Origin: the human T2T-CHM13v2.0 reference genome, Homo sapiens | Strand: one strand, 5' to 3' | Length of the DNA: 64,000 bases | Assembly: GCF_009914755.1 (NCBI RefSeq) | Contig: NC_060930.1 | Shown here: positions 11,680-25,320 of the stretch, piece by piece | Numbering within the stretch: the first letter of the stretch is position 1 | How the letters are laid out: every line of letters starts with the position of its first letter | Translations under genes and position numbers: made by a program | The notes under the pieces: generated by a model | What the model was told of the DNA's origin: nothing | Database searches by the model: none | The model's input: only the letters and a program-made list of their open reading frames with translations

Positions 11680-14600
11680 TTTAGTTCATCCCTCTGCCTC
11701 TCTACCTGGGGCTTTCCCTAGGATATCCAAGGCAGATTGTTAACTATACCACTTTGTTTATCAGAAAAGGTTATTAACAGCTAGTTACTGTCTCCTTTTA
11801 ACTCTCTTTTCTCCTTTAACTATCCTGTTCATGAATGCATCTTCTTTTAGAATTATTGTTGTCAACTAAGATAAAGCTTTTATATCATCTTGACCAATTT
11901 GTAAAATATGAAACCTTAAAAATTTATCCTCTAAATCCAACAGAACATTTTACACACTTTACTACTTGCACAATAAAATTTCTTTTACTTTTTTTACTTT
12001 ATTTTCCAGCTTTATTGAAGTATAATTGATGTAGAAGGAACTATGCATATTTCTAATGAATAATTTGATGCATTTTGACCTAGGTATACATGTGCAGAAT
12101 CATCATCATACATAACGTAATTTAAAGCTCAAATGACTAGGGTGACTGCTGACCCACAGGACATCCTTGTGTGAATTAGAAAGAAAGGGTCCCTCCTGCC
12201 TCTCAGTTGCTCTCTGACAGATGGGAAGAAACAGTGTACTTGCTCTCAGCTCTCGGCTACCTCCTCAGCTGGATGCCTTCATACAGTGAGCAGCATACAC
12301 AACCATAAATGGCAGTCCTGCAAACTGGTCTGCTAAACTCATTTTCAAAACATCCTCCCAAGGTTTTGAAGATTACACACTGGTTTCCATTTCAAGGTGG
12401 TAGAACGGAAATAGATTGTGGTCTCCTTTTCCCACTAGAAATCTCAAAATTTTAGAACGAATTTTTTAATGCATATAGCTGGGAAACAGTATCAAGCTTT
12501 GGAGGACCATATAAACTTTGAGAAGACATTGGAAGACAGAAAGCAGGTGGTATTAGAAGGAGGATTTAAAACCAGCTCAAAACAAGAATAGGAGAGTGCT
12601 GCTAATAAATGTTGGGAATGGATACGAAGGACAAGAGGGAGGCCTAAGACAACAGACAGTGTTTGTTACAGGAGAGCAGTAGGAACAGCAAGGTTGAACT
12701 GTGCACCTTCCCTCTACCAACTTAGGCCACATTTGGAGTCAAAGAGTAGCAACAGGAGTTATTGCTTCCAGCTGGGAGTCAAAGGTATGGAAGCTTGAAT
12801 CAGAGAAACAAAGCAGCATCCTGGATGCCCTGAATAGCTGGAGCTACCAATAGGAATAAGACAGCCCCTCCCCTACCAGGAGCTAGTCTGTGACGCCAGG
12901 GGCATCCTCATCCCCTCCCATACACTCTTGAAAACAGACTGAAATACAAGTTCCAGCAGCAAATCTGGTCCCTCTCTCTAAGCAGCCTGCCGGAGCACAT
13001 AGAACAAAGAGCCTAATAAGGAGTGTCAGCTAAAAGATGAACACTCAGGAGTCACTTAGCGTTGGAGTAAGGCCAATACCATTAAAAAGAAATATAATAG
13101 AGTTCTTTGTTTTCAAAACATGAAGAACTTACAGCCAGTAATTAATAATGTCAGAAAAGGACTTCAGAATAATTACAAGTCATATCCACAGAGATATGTG
13201 AGAGGATATTAAATCCACAGAAAATAATCAATTAGAAAGTACACGTATTGAAATATTGATCTTTTAAATAGAATACTCGACAAGCAGGTCAAATGAGAAT
13301 GGACACAAAGAACAAATTGCTGACCTGTAATATTAATCCAAACATTTCTTGCAGAATGCAATAAAAAGTGATGAACAGATATAAAGTATAAAATAAAAGT
13401 TAGGAATTATGTAAAATAGACTCAAATGCTCCATCATCCACCCAATTGGAGTTACTAAGATATTAGCAGGAATGGAAGGAAGGTAACATATACATTAGTT
13501 TAGTCACAATTTAAGGTCCAACCAAGTTCTGAGTAAGATAAATTTAAATAATAACCTATACCTAGATATTATATTAATATTTCCCAAACCAAGAATAAAG
13601 GAAACAAATACTAAAATCTTTGGGAAAGAAAAAACAAAATCTCTGATACAATTTTCTTGTTAACAAATGAATAAAATCAAAGGAGCAAGAAAAAAAAGTT
13701 AAACCTGCAATTTTATATCCAACCAAACTATCATTCAAGAATGAAAATGAAACATGAAGGAACCAGAAACTTTACCACTCACAGTAATTCTTTGATATAA
13801 TTTTGCCAACCAAAATAAAAATGAATATTATAATAATAAGGAAGTTCTGAAAAATAATGGTGAACAAAAAATCCATTAAATTCTATTATTAATTCTAGAT
13901 AAGTGTTGATTTTTTAAAACAACGATAGGAATTTTTAAAGTAACAATGTAGAATAAACTTCCAAATTAGGTCAATATGGAAGGGAATTGAAATGGGAAGG
14001 AATACTTAAGTAAAATTAAAGCATACAAAAATTTTTGGTTTTGTTTAATAAATGTAGAGAGACACTGACCAATTCTGAATATTACTAGAAAATATATTTC
14101 ATTCAAGTGCTAATTGAATAGCATTTAGTAGAAAAACACAAATACAATTTATAATTTTTACACTATCACAAAAAAGTAGAAGAAAATAAAATCAATCCAA
14201 CAAAGACAGAAAAAGCTTGAAATGGTATTCAAATATACTCCCCTCTCCCCTAATTTAATCAGTTCCACAGAATTTCATAGGCAACTCTGACCAACCCTTT
14301 AAAAAATAAAAAAGAATGTGCATTAGCTTGAATTCTTAAAAGGATTAGCTTTTAAGAATGTGCATTAGCTTTTTAAAAATTTCAAGCTGGACTGCATAAG
14401 GAAAGAAAACCATAGCAAATCTCACATAGATGCAAATTGCTAAATAAAATACTAGAAATTTAAATCCAGCAATTAATTAAAAGAATAATGCACTATGATC
14501 AAGTAAGGTTTATCCCAGGAATACAAAATATAGCTTTTTAATAATGAACAACCAATATAATCCAATATAACTGGCTAACTTAGTCATATGATTTAGGAGA

Positions 14601-15164
14601 GAAACAGTTTCAACAGGTGCCCAAAGACAATTGTGATTATGTGTGTATATGTGATACACTTGTGTGTGCATCTGTTTATGTGGGAAAAAACTAAGAACAA
14701 AAAGAAACTTCCTTAATATAATAAAGAGTATCTACCCCAAAATACAGCAAACATGATATTTATTAGACATATTGTCTGTAAGGTCAAAAACAGAACAAGA
14801 ATGCCCACTGCTACTGTTACTATTCAACATTAGACTGGACATCCTAGCCAATGGAATTAAGTAAAACCATAGTAAGTTGTATAAATGTTGAAAAACAAGG
14901 GGCAAACTGTTATTATTTACAGAGAAAATGATAGAAAGCTCAAGATAATCAAAGGAAAAACTTCTATAACTAAGAAGAGAGTTCAGCAAGATAGCAAGAA
15001 ACAAAAACAACATAAAAAAATCAACGACTTTTCTATATATTGCCATTGATTGTTTTTAAAATGTAATTGGGAAGGAAATTAATGAATTAATGCAACAATA
15101 CACAAGTAGTTTGAAGAAACAGAATAGAGTTCAAAAAACAGACTCACAAACAGAAAATTTATAG

Positions 15165-15330
15165 AAAGTATAGTCAATAAGGCCACAGACTCTAAATCTA
15201 GATCCACAGGTTTTATTTTTTGCTCCACTATTTCTTGACTATGTGTGGCTGGGCAAGTTATTTGATATTTCTGTGCCTCAGTTTCCTTGTCTGTAAAATG
15301 AGGAATAATCATAGAACCAACCAATATGTT
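15165..15330 (+). mobile_element. MIR SINE
   Basis: ctgggcaagttatttgatatttctgtgcctcagtttccttgtctgtaaaatgagg core. Confidence 0.85.
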
Positions 15331-15662
15331 TATTTAAATGATAAATATGTATGTATATATGTATGCCTGTATCTATAGAACACATATGTTGATGAAATAT
15401 GATAAAAGTGGAACTTCAAATCAATGGGAAAATAATGGTATGGCATTTCAAATCAATGAGACTAACTAGCTATCCCTTTTTAAAAAATAAAAGTTTGATT
15501 TTATCTTACACTGTTCACAAAATTGTAGTTAAGACTTAAAATTTTTTAATGATAAGAAATTATTAGTAGAAAATGTAGGCAAATATGTGGTGCCTTAGAG
15601 TCAGGAAGACCTTCTGGAATAAGACACAAAAAGCAAAAGCCATAAAAGAAAATATAATGAGT

Positions 15663-15980
<318 letters not shown>

Positions 15981-18024
15981 TTACTACATCAACCACAGGA
16001 GTATAAAAGTGAAAAGACAAGTACTAGGAGAAGGTATTTCAACAAGTACTAGGAGAAGGTATTTCAACCTAAATAATAATAAAGGATTAGAATCAATAAA
16101 TCATTTAAAGAAAGAAAAGAATCATCTATTTGAAAAATAGACCAATAGTATAAACTGGTAACTCACAGAAGAACTAATAAAAATAATCAAGATTTATATA
16201 AACTAGCACTCAACCTCACTGTGATGGAAGAAATTCAAATTTAAATTCAATAAGTATATTTATACACTGCTGAAGGGAATTTAAATATAAGTATTGCGCA
16301 TTCACGGATAATTTTGCATATCCTGTCACCTCAAAATTCTACTGTTAGTATCTACCTCAGAGTCAACTAACTGTTGGAGTAGATATTGAGGAAGCAAGTA
16401 CAACAATCTTCATCATAATATTATTTGTAACAGTGAAAAATTCAGAACAACCTAAATATTCACAAAATCAGGAATGGCGAAAGAAATAATTGTGCATCCT
16501 TTCTATGGAAGACCATGCTGCAATTTTCTAAAATGAAGTGAACCTATGTGTACTGAAAAAATGTCTAAGTCATGTTGTTAGGTGAAATAATGTATATATC
16601 ATTTATGCTAAAATACATACATAGATATCTCTTCTGTGAGCAATGCTGTGGAGAAGTCTGGAAGCATATACATTATATTGTTAACAGTGACTATTTCTAG
16701 AGAGAAGACTAAGATAGGGGCATTGGAGAGGGGAATAATCAAAGGGTACTTCAGCTTGATCTGTAAAGTTATAATTTTTTATAAGGAGACTCTATTACTA
16801 ACGTAATTTAAATTTTTAATGTACAAATTATAATTACAAAGTACTGCAAGCAATTTGCTTTAAACTGGTGAAATTAGTGAAACAACAGTCTTTATAAAAT
16901 CTAAGCTATTTCTTCTTTTCATTCATATTACTGGAAAATCCAAAGATACTGCATGTCATACCACAGGAGTATAATCCTTTACTCTCTGGTCTTAAAAAAT
17001 GAAAGGTAATCTTGGGTGGGTCTTTATTTTTGGGGGCCATGTTTTGGATGAAGTTTCATTTACCCACCCAGGGTGCTATGATATAAGTGCTCTTTAATTT
17101 CTAAAATGATTATTCTGGAAATAAGAGTTACCCTCTTAATATAATTATAACATTTGAATGTTAATTTAATAGAACAGTCTTCCTCAAGTCTTATTAATAT
17201 TCATTGGGAGAACAATTTTATAAATCTAAGAATTATCCATTTTTTAAAAATTTTGATTCCCACATTGCATGTTTTGTGATAAGATGTTAAAGGACTAATT
17301 GAATTTGGCTTTTAGTGGGAAATGTAAGACTGTGAAGGCCAAACATACAAACATTTATTTCTTGATAACCACAAATGGCCTATGATTAAGATGGAACCTG
17401 ATAATTTAAGGAAAATTAACTTGTCTAAAGTAGAACAGAGAATAATTCATGAATGTACTAATTTTTCTTTTTCTATTTCCCCGCTAGTCTACATTGGTCT
17501 TTAACTATGACATGTACAAACCAGTGGGAAAACATTAACTATGGTTAATGGACTGAATGGATTTATTTAAGAAGAAATATTTAAAGAACCAAAAGCATCA
17601 AATTATCTCCACAACACATATATTAGTCACAGAGACATAATGTAAAGTATGTCCTAAATATTACGTCTTCCAAAAACCCCATCTTAAGCCTCATAAAGAT
17701 TGAAAGAAACAGCACATTTCGAAATCTCAAATTCTCTTAGCCATATTTTTACTTTTCTCTTCTCATCACCTATTTCAATATTTTTCTACCTTTCTAATTA
17801 AGGTCTATACTCTAGAGGGAAGACTGTGGGTATGGTAGAGCAAAGACTTTTTCAGTTGCAGAGTGTGCATATGAAACCAGGTCTGGCTACTTTCAAACTG
17901 ACTAAATTTGAGAAGATCATATGTTGCTTTTTGACTTTATGGACAATCTTGAGGAAGGATCATTTACTTTGATACCTCAAAGTGCTTATTTATGACACAA
18001 TAATATTATAGGACTTTAAAGGGT

Positions 18025-18372
18025 CAAAGAGGAAGGGCTAAGGAAATGTTACAGAGTGAGATAAAGAGACACAACTAAGTGTAATGTGTGATTCTGAAAT
18101 AAATTACTTCACTATATAAGACATTTCTGGGACAACTGAGAAACTTGAATGGGTTCTGAGTATTAGATGATACTGATGTATCAATGTTAACTTCCTAACC
18201 TTGATGCTAGTGTTGTAGTTATACAGATGAATATCCTTGTTTGTAGGTGATCCAACTAAAGAAACATGAGACATCAGATCAGAAATTACTCTCCAGTGTT
18301 TCAAGAAAAAAAAAAGCCTTTGTCTGTGCTTCCAGCTTTTCTGTAAATATGTGACTGTTCCATTTTTAAAAA
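18025..18372 (+). mobile_element. L1MC-type 3' UTR fragment
   Basis: gacatttctgggacaactgagaaacttgaatggg...tatcaatgttaacttcct...cttttctgtaaatatg. Confidence 0.65.
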
Positions 18373-18518
18373 ACACAATGAAACAAATTCACTCATGGGA
18401 AAGCAAAATGTCCATGCATACGCTAACTAAGAAATGTTTTATTTAAAAACATAAAGACACAGTTTTATTTGGGACAACGTATAACAATCTCTACCAAATC
18501 TATATGAAAACTTTTTTT

Positions 18519-18660
18519 AAGGGGAAAGCACGAACGCAGACCCCCACTACCACAAATTATGCAACTCAGTTTCCCACATTTGGGGAAACCACAGGAGTCA
18601 GCACATCCAGAGTGCAATGGATGAGCCTCGCCCTGGGAAAACCACCTTCATGATCATGGT
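18519..18660 (-). pseudogene. U1 snRNA pseudogene, 5'-truncated retrocopy (recalled as RNU1-34P)
   Basis: Minus strand reads ACCATGATCATGAAGGTGGTTTTCCCAGGGCGAGGCTCATCCATTGCACTCTGGATGTGC...AATTTGTGGTAGTGGGGGTCTGCGTTCGTGCTTTCCCC plus short A-run; first ~22 nt of U1 missing. Confidence 0.95.
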
Positions 18661-19495
18661 TTTAAAATTTTTTAGGACGAAGGTAAGGGTATAAACATAC
18701 ACACATACAATTTTGGCACTATGACCTCTAGAGAATATCTTACTAAATTTTGAGTTTAAATAGAGTATTTCTTATCTATTTGGCCATGTGAACTGATCCA
18801 TTAAATTATTTCGAAATAGCTTCAGCTCTTTTCCTTATTAAATGTAGTTCATGCTTACTGTAGAAATTTAAAATCACACATTTATATCTCCAAATGGAAA
18901 TGGTTACCGTTAATGTTAGAAATATAGTCTTCTTATTTTTGCAATAGAATCTTAAAGATACTTTCTGTAATGCATTTATTTTTACTGAATATATTATTTT
19001 ATTAATATCATTTACTCTCACATTTTATGTCTGCAGATTGTCATTAAGTGGATGTATTAAGAGCTATTCAAATCTCACCTTTCCTTGGTTAATAGTGCCC
19101 TATTATTAAACATATATTTGTTTCTAACTTTTCACTGTAACAATAATGCTACAATCATATACCTGTGATTCAGTTAAACATCCATGCTGTCTTTATTACC
19201 ACCTCCTACTACCAGAGGACTGGAAGTGAAGGAGGAAGTAACTAGTAAGTAGCCATATGTCAGACCCGACAATGGGTCTTGCTTCTTCCCTTGAAGAACA
19301 GTCAGTGTATGCAAACAGAGGGACCAAAAGAACTGAGATGCTAGTTCTTTTTTTCTTCCAGCAGTGCTTGCTTGGGAGGTCTGCAGTTGACATGACAGCA
19401 GTGAGTGAGCTGTACATTAGGTTCCCCAGAGCTTCCTTTTTCCATGAAACTATTATACTCATTAGGTATTTAAAGAAGATATCAGACAAAAGTTT

Positions 19496-19922
19496 TGATA
19501 TGGTCTGGAGCTGTGTCCCCACTCGAATCTCATATTAAATTGTAATCCCCAGTGTTGGAGGTGGAGCCTGGTGGGAGGTGACTGGATCATGGGGGTGGTT
19601 TCTCATTCACAGTTTAGTACCATCACCTTGGTACTGTCCTTGCAATAGTGATGGAATTCTCATGAGAGCTGGTCGTTTAAAAGTGTGTGGCACCCCCCAC
19701 CCCCTTCTCTCCTGCTCCTGCTCTGGCCATGTGACATGCCTACTCCCCCTTCACCTTCCGCCATGATTATAAATTTCCTGAGGCCTCCCCAAGAGCCAAG
19801 CATATGCCAGCATCACGCTTCCTGCACAGCCTGCAGAACCATGAGCCAATTAAATCTCTTTTCTTTTTAAATTACTCAGTTGCAGGCATGTCTTTATGGC
19901 AATGCGAGAATGGACTAATAAA
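19496..19922 (+). mobile_element. MSTA-like solo LTR (ERVL-MaLR)
   Basis: tgatatggtctgg...tgtaatccccagtgttggaggtgg...cagcctgcagaaccatgagccaattaaa...ggactaata; 5-bp TSD-like agttt/ggttt. Confidence 0.9.
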
Positions 19923-20739
19923 GGTTTAATTGATCTCTAACTTAAAGTGAGTATAATTAAAATTTTTCAATAAAGCATATCTTAAATATAAATCAATGCT
20001 TATTTGAATTATAAATCACACATAGTCTGGGCTGGTCAGTGAAGTAGTTCCAGAGACACAGGTAAAGATCGAAGATTTGCTCTAAGAGCAGTTAGCCTTC
20101 CACAAGGAAATATTTATTTCCCGATAATCCTGAGAGCAATCTGGCAGGAAATAATGGATGCTCAATTCCTCTCCTGAAATCAGCTCACAGTACTGGTTGT
20201 ATTTATGATGGGTAGCCATCATCCCTTGTTCCACCATTCCCTACAAAGGACAGCACAGCATCTTATTATATTATGATGATGTTGTTATTAAAACAATAAA
20301 AAATCTTTCTGAGGTTTAGAAAGTTAAAAAGACTAAACGTGGCTCACATTTTTTACTCTGATAATATCTTTGTGGGTAGATTTTTTAATTTCATAGTGAA
20401 TTTTGTATACAAATCAAAACTATCAAGTATTAGAAAATCTATTAGGAAAAAAATTATTTTATGAGCCTCACCTCATTCTGTAAAAACCTACATAGCTGAG
20501 GTTTTAGACAAGCCCAAATTTTAGTTGACAAGAGGTTAGATCATGTCTTAGGGAAGAATTCAAAAAACAGTATGATTATATCCATAAAATGAAAATGATA
20601 ATAGTCATCTCGTGCACATAAAGCATTTAGCACAGTTCCTAATATGGTAGGAAGCACTCAATAAAAGTAACTATTATTATCTGTCATTTACTTTCTTTCT
20701 AGAGCCAATAGCTTTAATAGTTACATTAAAAGTAACATT

Positions 20740-21086
<347 letters not shown>

Positions 21087-21949
21087 TTATTGGTATCATG
21101 ATTCCTAATTTGTCATTCAGTTTAACTGGGATTTAGGTGACACTGGGAAATTGCTTCTGTAGTCAGGTCCAGATCACAGAAAACATAAGAGATTATACCC
21201 TCAGTTGAATCAGTTGTAAACTTCAGTTGGTATGAACAAAACTGAACAAACAAGTCAACCACTATTAATAAAGAAATTAAGTTGAGTTAAAGAAAGTAAT
21301 TAAACATCAATATTATGCAGAATCTTTTCAGGAATATTTCATAAAATGGTGCTCAACCTATTCTATATGCATATTTTACGTGCCTATTTATAACTCTCCT
21401 TTTAAAGTTAAGCTGTTGCTCCAATGCACTTATGAAAAATATCTGGAATTTAGCTGAGGACTTTATATAATGAAGATTCTGGCCTTTTCTTAGTATATTG
21501 AGCACCCTTTACAACCCTTGTACTTACACCATGTTCTCCCTGTTTCTGAGCATAGTAGACACTATTCCTCCTAACAGCACCAAATTCCAAAATAGAAAAA
21601 CAAATGTTAAAACCTAGAGTCATGACAGACCATCTTTCTGCTCCCTAGTGTCTGGTTTGATCTCACTGAATGTCAATTTGTTCTTGGAACTCTGTTCTGT
21701 TATACAACAATATGGAAGAAATGTTAGGTCCTTCCTCCAAGGTGGATATTTCCTGGAGAATGATTGCGGTTATTAGTTTTAATTGGAAATTGATAATACA
21801 TATTGAGTTCGAAGGTTAATTATTGGTTAAAAAAATTATCCCTGTGAATACTAACTTTTTCTACAACATTAATAAAAGTGCCTTGATTTTGTGTAGCTTT
21901 CATGTATATTAATGTTGAAAGATGCTCTAAGACTGACTGAAGCAGAAGA

Positions 21950-22350
21950 AATAACAGAAAAAGCATTCTTGCATGATCTCATTTATATGTGGAATCTAAT
22001 AAAGTTTAAGTCATAGAAATAGAGAGTAAAATGATGGTTACCGGACGCTTGGAGTTGGGGAGAGGGAGGGAATGGGAGTTGTTGATTAAAGGGTACAGAA
22101 TTTCAGGTAGACAGGAAGAATAAGTTTTGAGATCTATGCCACAGCAGAATGACTACAATCAATAATAAGGCATTATATATTTCAAAATAAGAGAGTAAAT
22201 TTCAAATGTCTCACTATAAAAAATGATAGGTGATGAATATTAATTAGCCTGATTTAATCATGCCACATTGTATACATATATCAAAACATCACATTATACT
22301 CCATAAATGTATATAATTATAATTTGTCCATCAAAAATAATATTAATAAT
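21950..22350 (+). mobile_element. L1MA-type 3' end
   Basis: gcatgatctcattttatatgtggaatcta...gatggttacc...attagcctgatttaatcat...acatcacattatactccataaat. Confidence 0.8.
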
Positions 22351-24366
22351 TTAAAATATTTTAAATACCTAAAAAAATAGAGAGAAAGAAAAAAATTCTG
22401 AATAAAAGGGAAATAAGATATAATAAAGAATAAGCTCAGGAAAGCATGGGAAGTTGAGTACAAGGCCTAATGGAAAGGGTCCTTGTGTGATGCAGGGGGA
22501 CAAAATTTGTACACATCCAGGCCTGAACCCAGAGGAAAAGGCGAAGAGAGGGAAACAATTCCCACAAGTCACAGTGTGATTATGTCAAGGAGGCTACAAG
22601 AGATAATAGGAAACAAGGATATGAGAATATAATTGGCTAGACTGTTTAAAGAAAAGGGGGCTACAAATGGACAATGGGAAGAATTCATTGAATAATGTAC
22701 TGTTGTTAGATTTCTAGGTCTGACAATCATCAAACGGAAGTTGGAACTAGAGCACAGTTTGTGCTATTATTTTACACTTACATTGTAATTAACAGAATTA
22801 AATATGATGCTTGGACTCACTTCTCTTTACCTGTGGGTATGAGAGAAGTAAAGAGATTTCATTCACTTGCGCCCAATGTATGAAAACAAAAGGACAACTT
22901 ATGTGATACAGCACTACTACTCATCTCAGCACATTCTTTGCAGGATCAAAGAGCAAAAGATAATCTAGATGATCAGCTTGGCTTAAAATGCTTCATGCTT
23001 AGCTTTACTCGGGGTAATGTTTCAGGAGTGGCTTCTTCCAAAAAAGGGCTTCCCCAGGAGAAAGCAGAAAAATGTTAGCACACAAGATCTTGAGTGAGAT
23101 TTCACTCACATTGCTCTTCCCTACCCATTCACAAAATGACCCTGCTGTCAGTGCAGTGAGAAGCAGCTGAGAATTATTTACCACCTTCACTGGACACCTC
23201 ATAGGACACATTCACCCCATACACCACTCTGTAACTGGAGCTTAGGTGAGCATCAGCCTCTCTCCATCCCCTGGAGTAACAGGCAGGATTGATGGGTAGT
23301 GAGCTGCCAAAAAGCCCAACATCTGGTGGTGATAGAGGCATGATGATACAGAGAAATCATGAGCTCTTATACAACAGGTATCTTGGGAAATAACGCAAGA
23401 CAGGTGGTGTTCTGGATTCTAGGAAGATATGAGCCACAGCGCTGTGGCTTGTCTATAAATTCGTATGTCCGAATTAATAAGCTGTATAACCTTGAGAAAG
23501 TTTAAACTTTCTGGGTCTCAGCTTTGTCATCTTTCCTAAAAAGAGGTTAGAGTCAATTATCTTTTAGCATCTACCAGTATCTACAAATACTACGGTAAAC
23601 CAATTTTTTTCAGAGTATTTCATGCCCAAAACAGTTTAATGAGCCTGAGCAATTTTATTCTAGGTAATGATCCATGGCAAAGAGTTGTTTGGTGCAGTGC
23701 CCCATTTCTTCCACTTGCTCCTTGGTCCCTCACCCTCATGATCTAGTCATAAATGTGTCAATTTTGGCTATCAGTTTATGTTTTAATAATACATAACTAA
23801 GGAAATAAGTTGCTATCAAGATGTACTTGACACTTAAGGACTATGCAGCCTTGTTTTAACAACCCTATCCTAACAAGGTCCCTCCTAGGAAATCCTATCA
23901 AGCAACTGAGAAAGAAGTATATTGGCTGTTTTTTCATATAAGAGTCTCTAGGTCTGCCAAATTTTTACAAGTCAATAGATTTGAGAACAATAGGAGGAAG
24001 AAAAAACAATGTACTCTCAAAAGCACTGCATGTGTTTAGATTTTTTTATTTCTCAAAATGGAAATATCCTTATTTTTCTTCTGATTATAAGGATTTTTGC
24101 CACATATTGTTGTTTTTCTGGAAACTTTTGCAGTTGGTTTTCCCACCAGCAACATATAGTGTCAACTTCCTCATACCCTCACCATACTGGGTATTGAATT
24201 TTTTGTCTTTGTCAATGTATTTGTTGAAATAGTACATCTTCTTTTAATTAAATTTTTAATTATCAGTAAGGTTAAATAGTTTTTCACATATTTATTCCAA
24301 ATTATTTATGTCATTTGTCAATTTTTCTATTGTGTCTCTTTTTCTATTTTCATTTAAAAGAGTCTT

Positions 24367-24704
<338 letters not shown>

Positions 24705-25218
24705 TTATTTTGGTCACAAATTGCTGTTTGTATTTTAACTTTGTTCATGATGGTTATAAGGGGTTTTTCTTCAGTGTAAAAGTTTTCATTCAGTTTTTAT
24801 GGAATCAGATGTTTTAGTCTTATGTTTTACTGGCTTTTTGTCTTCCCCACCTATATATGTTTTAAATTTTTTTTGTTAGTATTTCACCTTCATTTTTTTA
24901 GACTTAAATTTCTGGTCCATCTAGTGCATATTTTAGTGTAAGTTGTAACAGAAATTTAATGTCATATTTTTCCAGTTATTTCAACCCTATTGATTGAATA
25001 ATTCATATTTCCAGTATAGATTTGAAATCTTTTTTATAATACTACATTTTTATAGTATTAAAAATGTACACCATTTTTATAGTATTAAAAATGTACACCA
25101 TTTTTATAGGTATATACTTCTCTGAACCTTCCACTATTTTCCCTTGATCTCTTCATCTGATATGAACTGATTCTGATACCACCGCCTAAGTGTTTTAATT
25201 AATATGGGTTTAAAATTC

Positions 25219-25320
25219 TTTTTTTTTTTTAAGAGACAGAGTTGCACTCTATTGCCCAGGCTAGACATGAACTCCTGGGCTCAATCGACACTCTCCCTTC
25301 AGCCTCCACTGCTCCTGGCT
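25219..25320 (-). mobile_element. Alu monomer (FLAM-like) with internal deletion
   Basis: Poly-T, gagacagagttgcactctattgcccaggctag..gaactcctgggctcaa; flanked by aaaattc. Confidence 0.8.

Noticed and set aside
19340-19410. Possible plus-strand exon (ttttttcttccag ... gtgagt)
   Set aside because: No partner exons or promoter identifiable from sequence alone.
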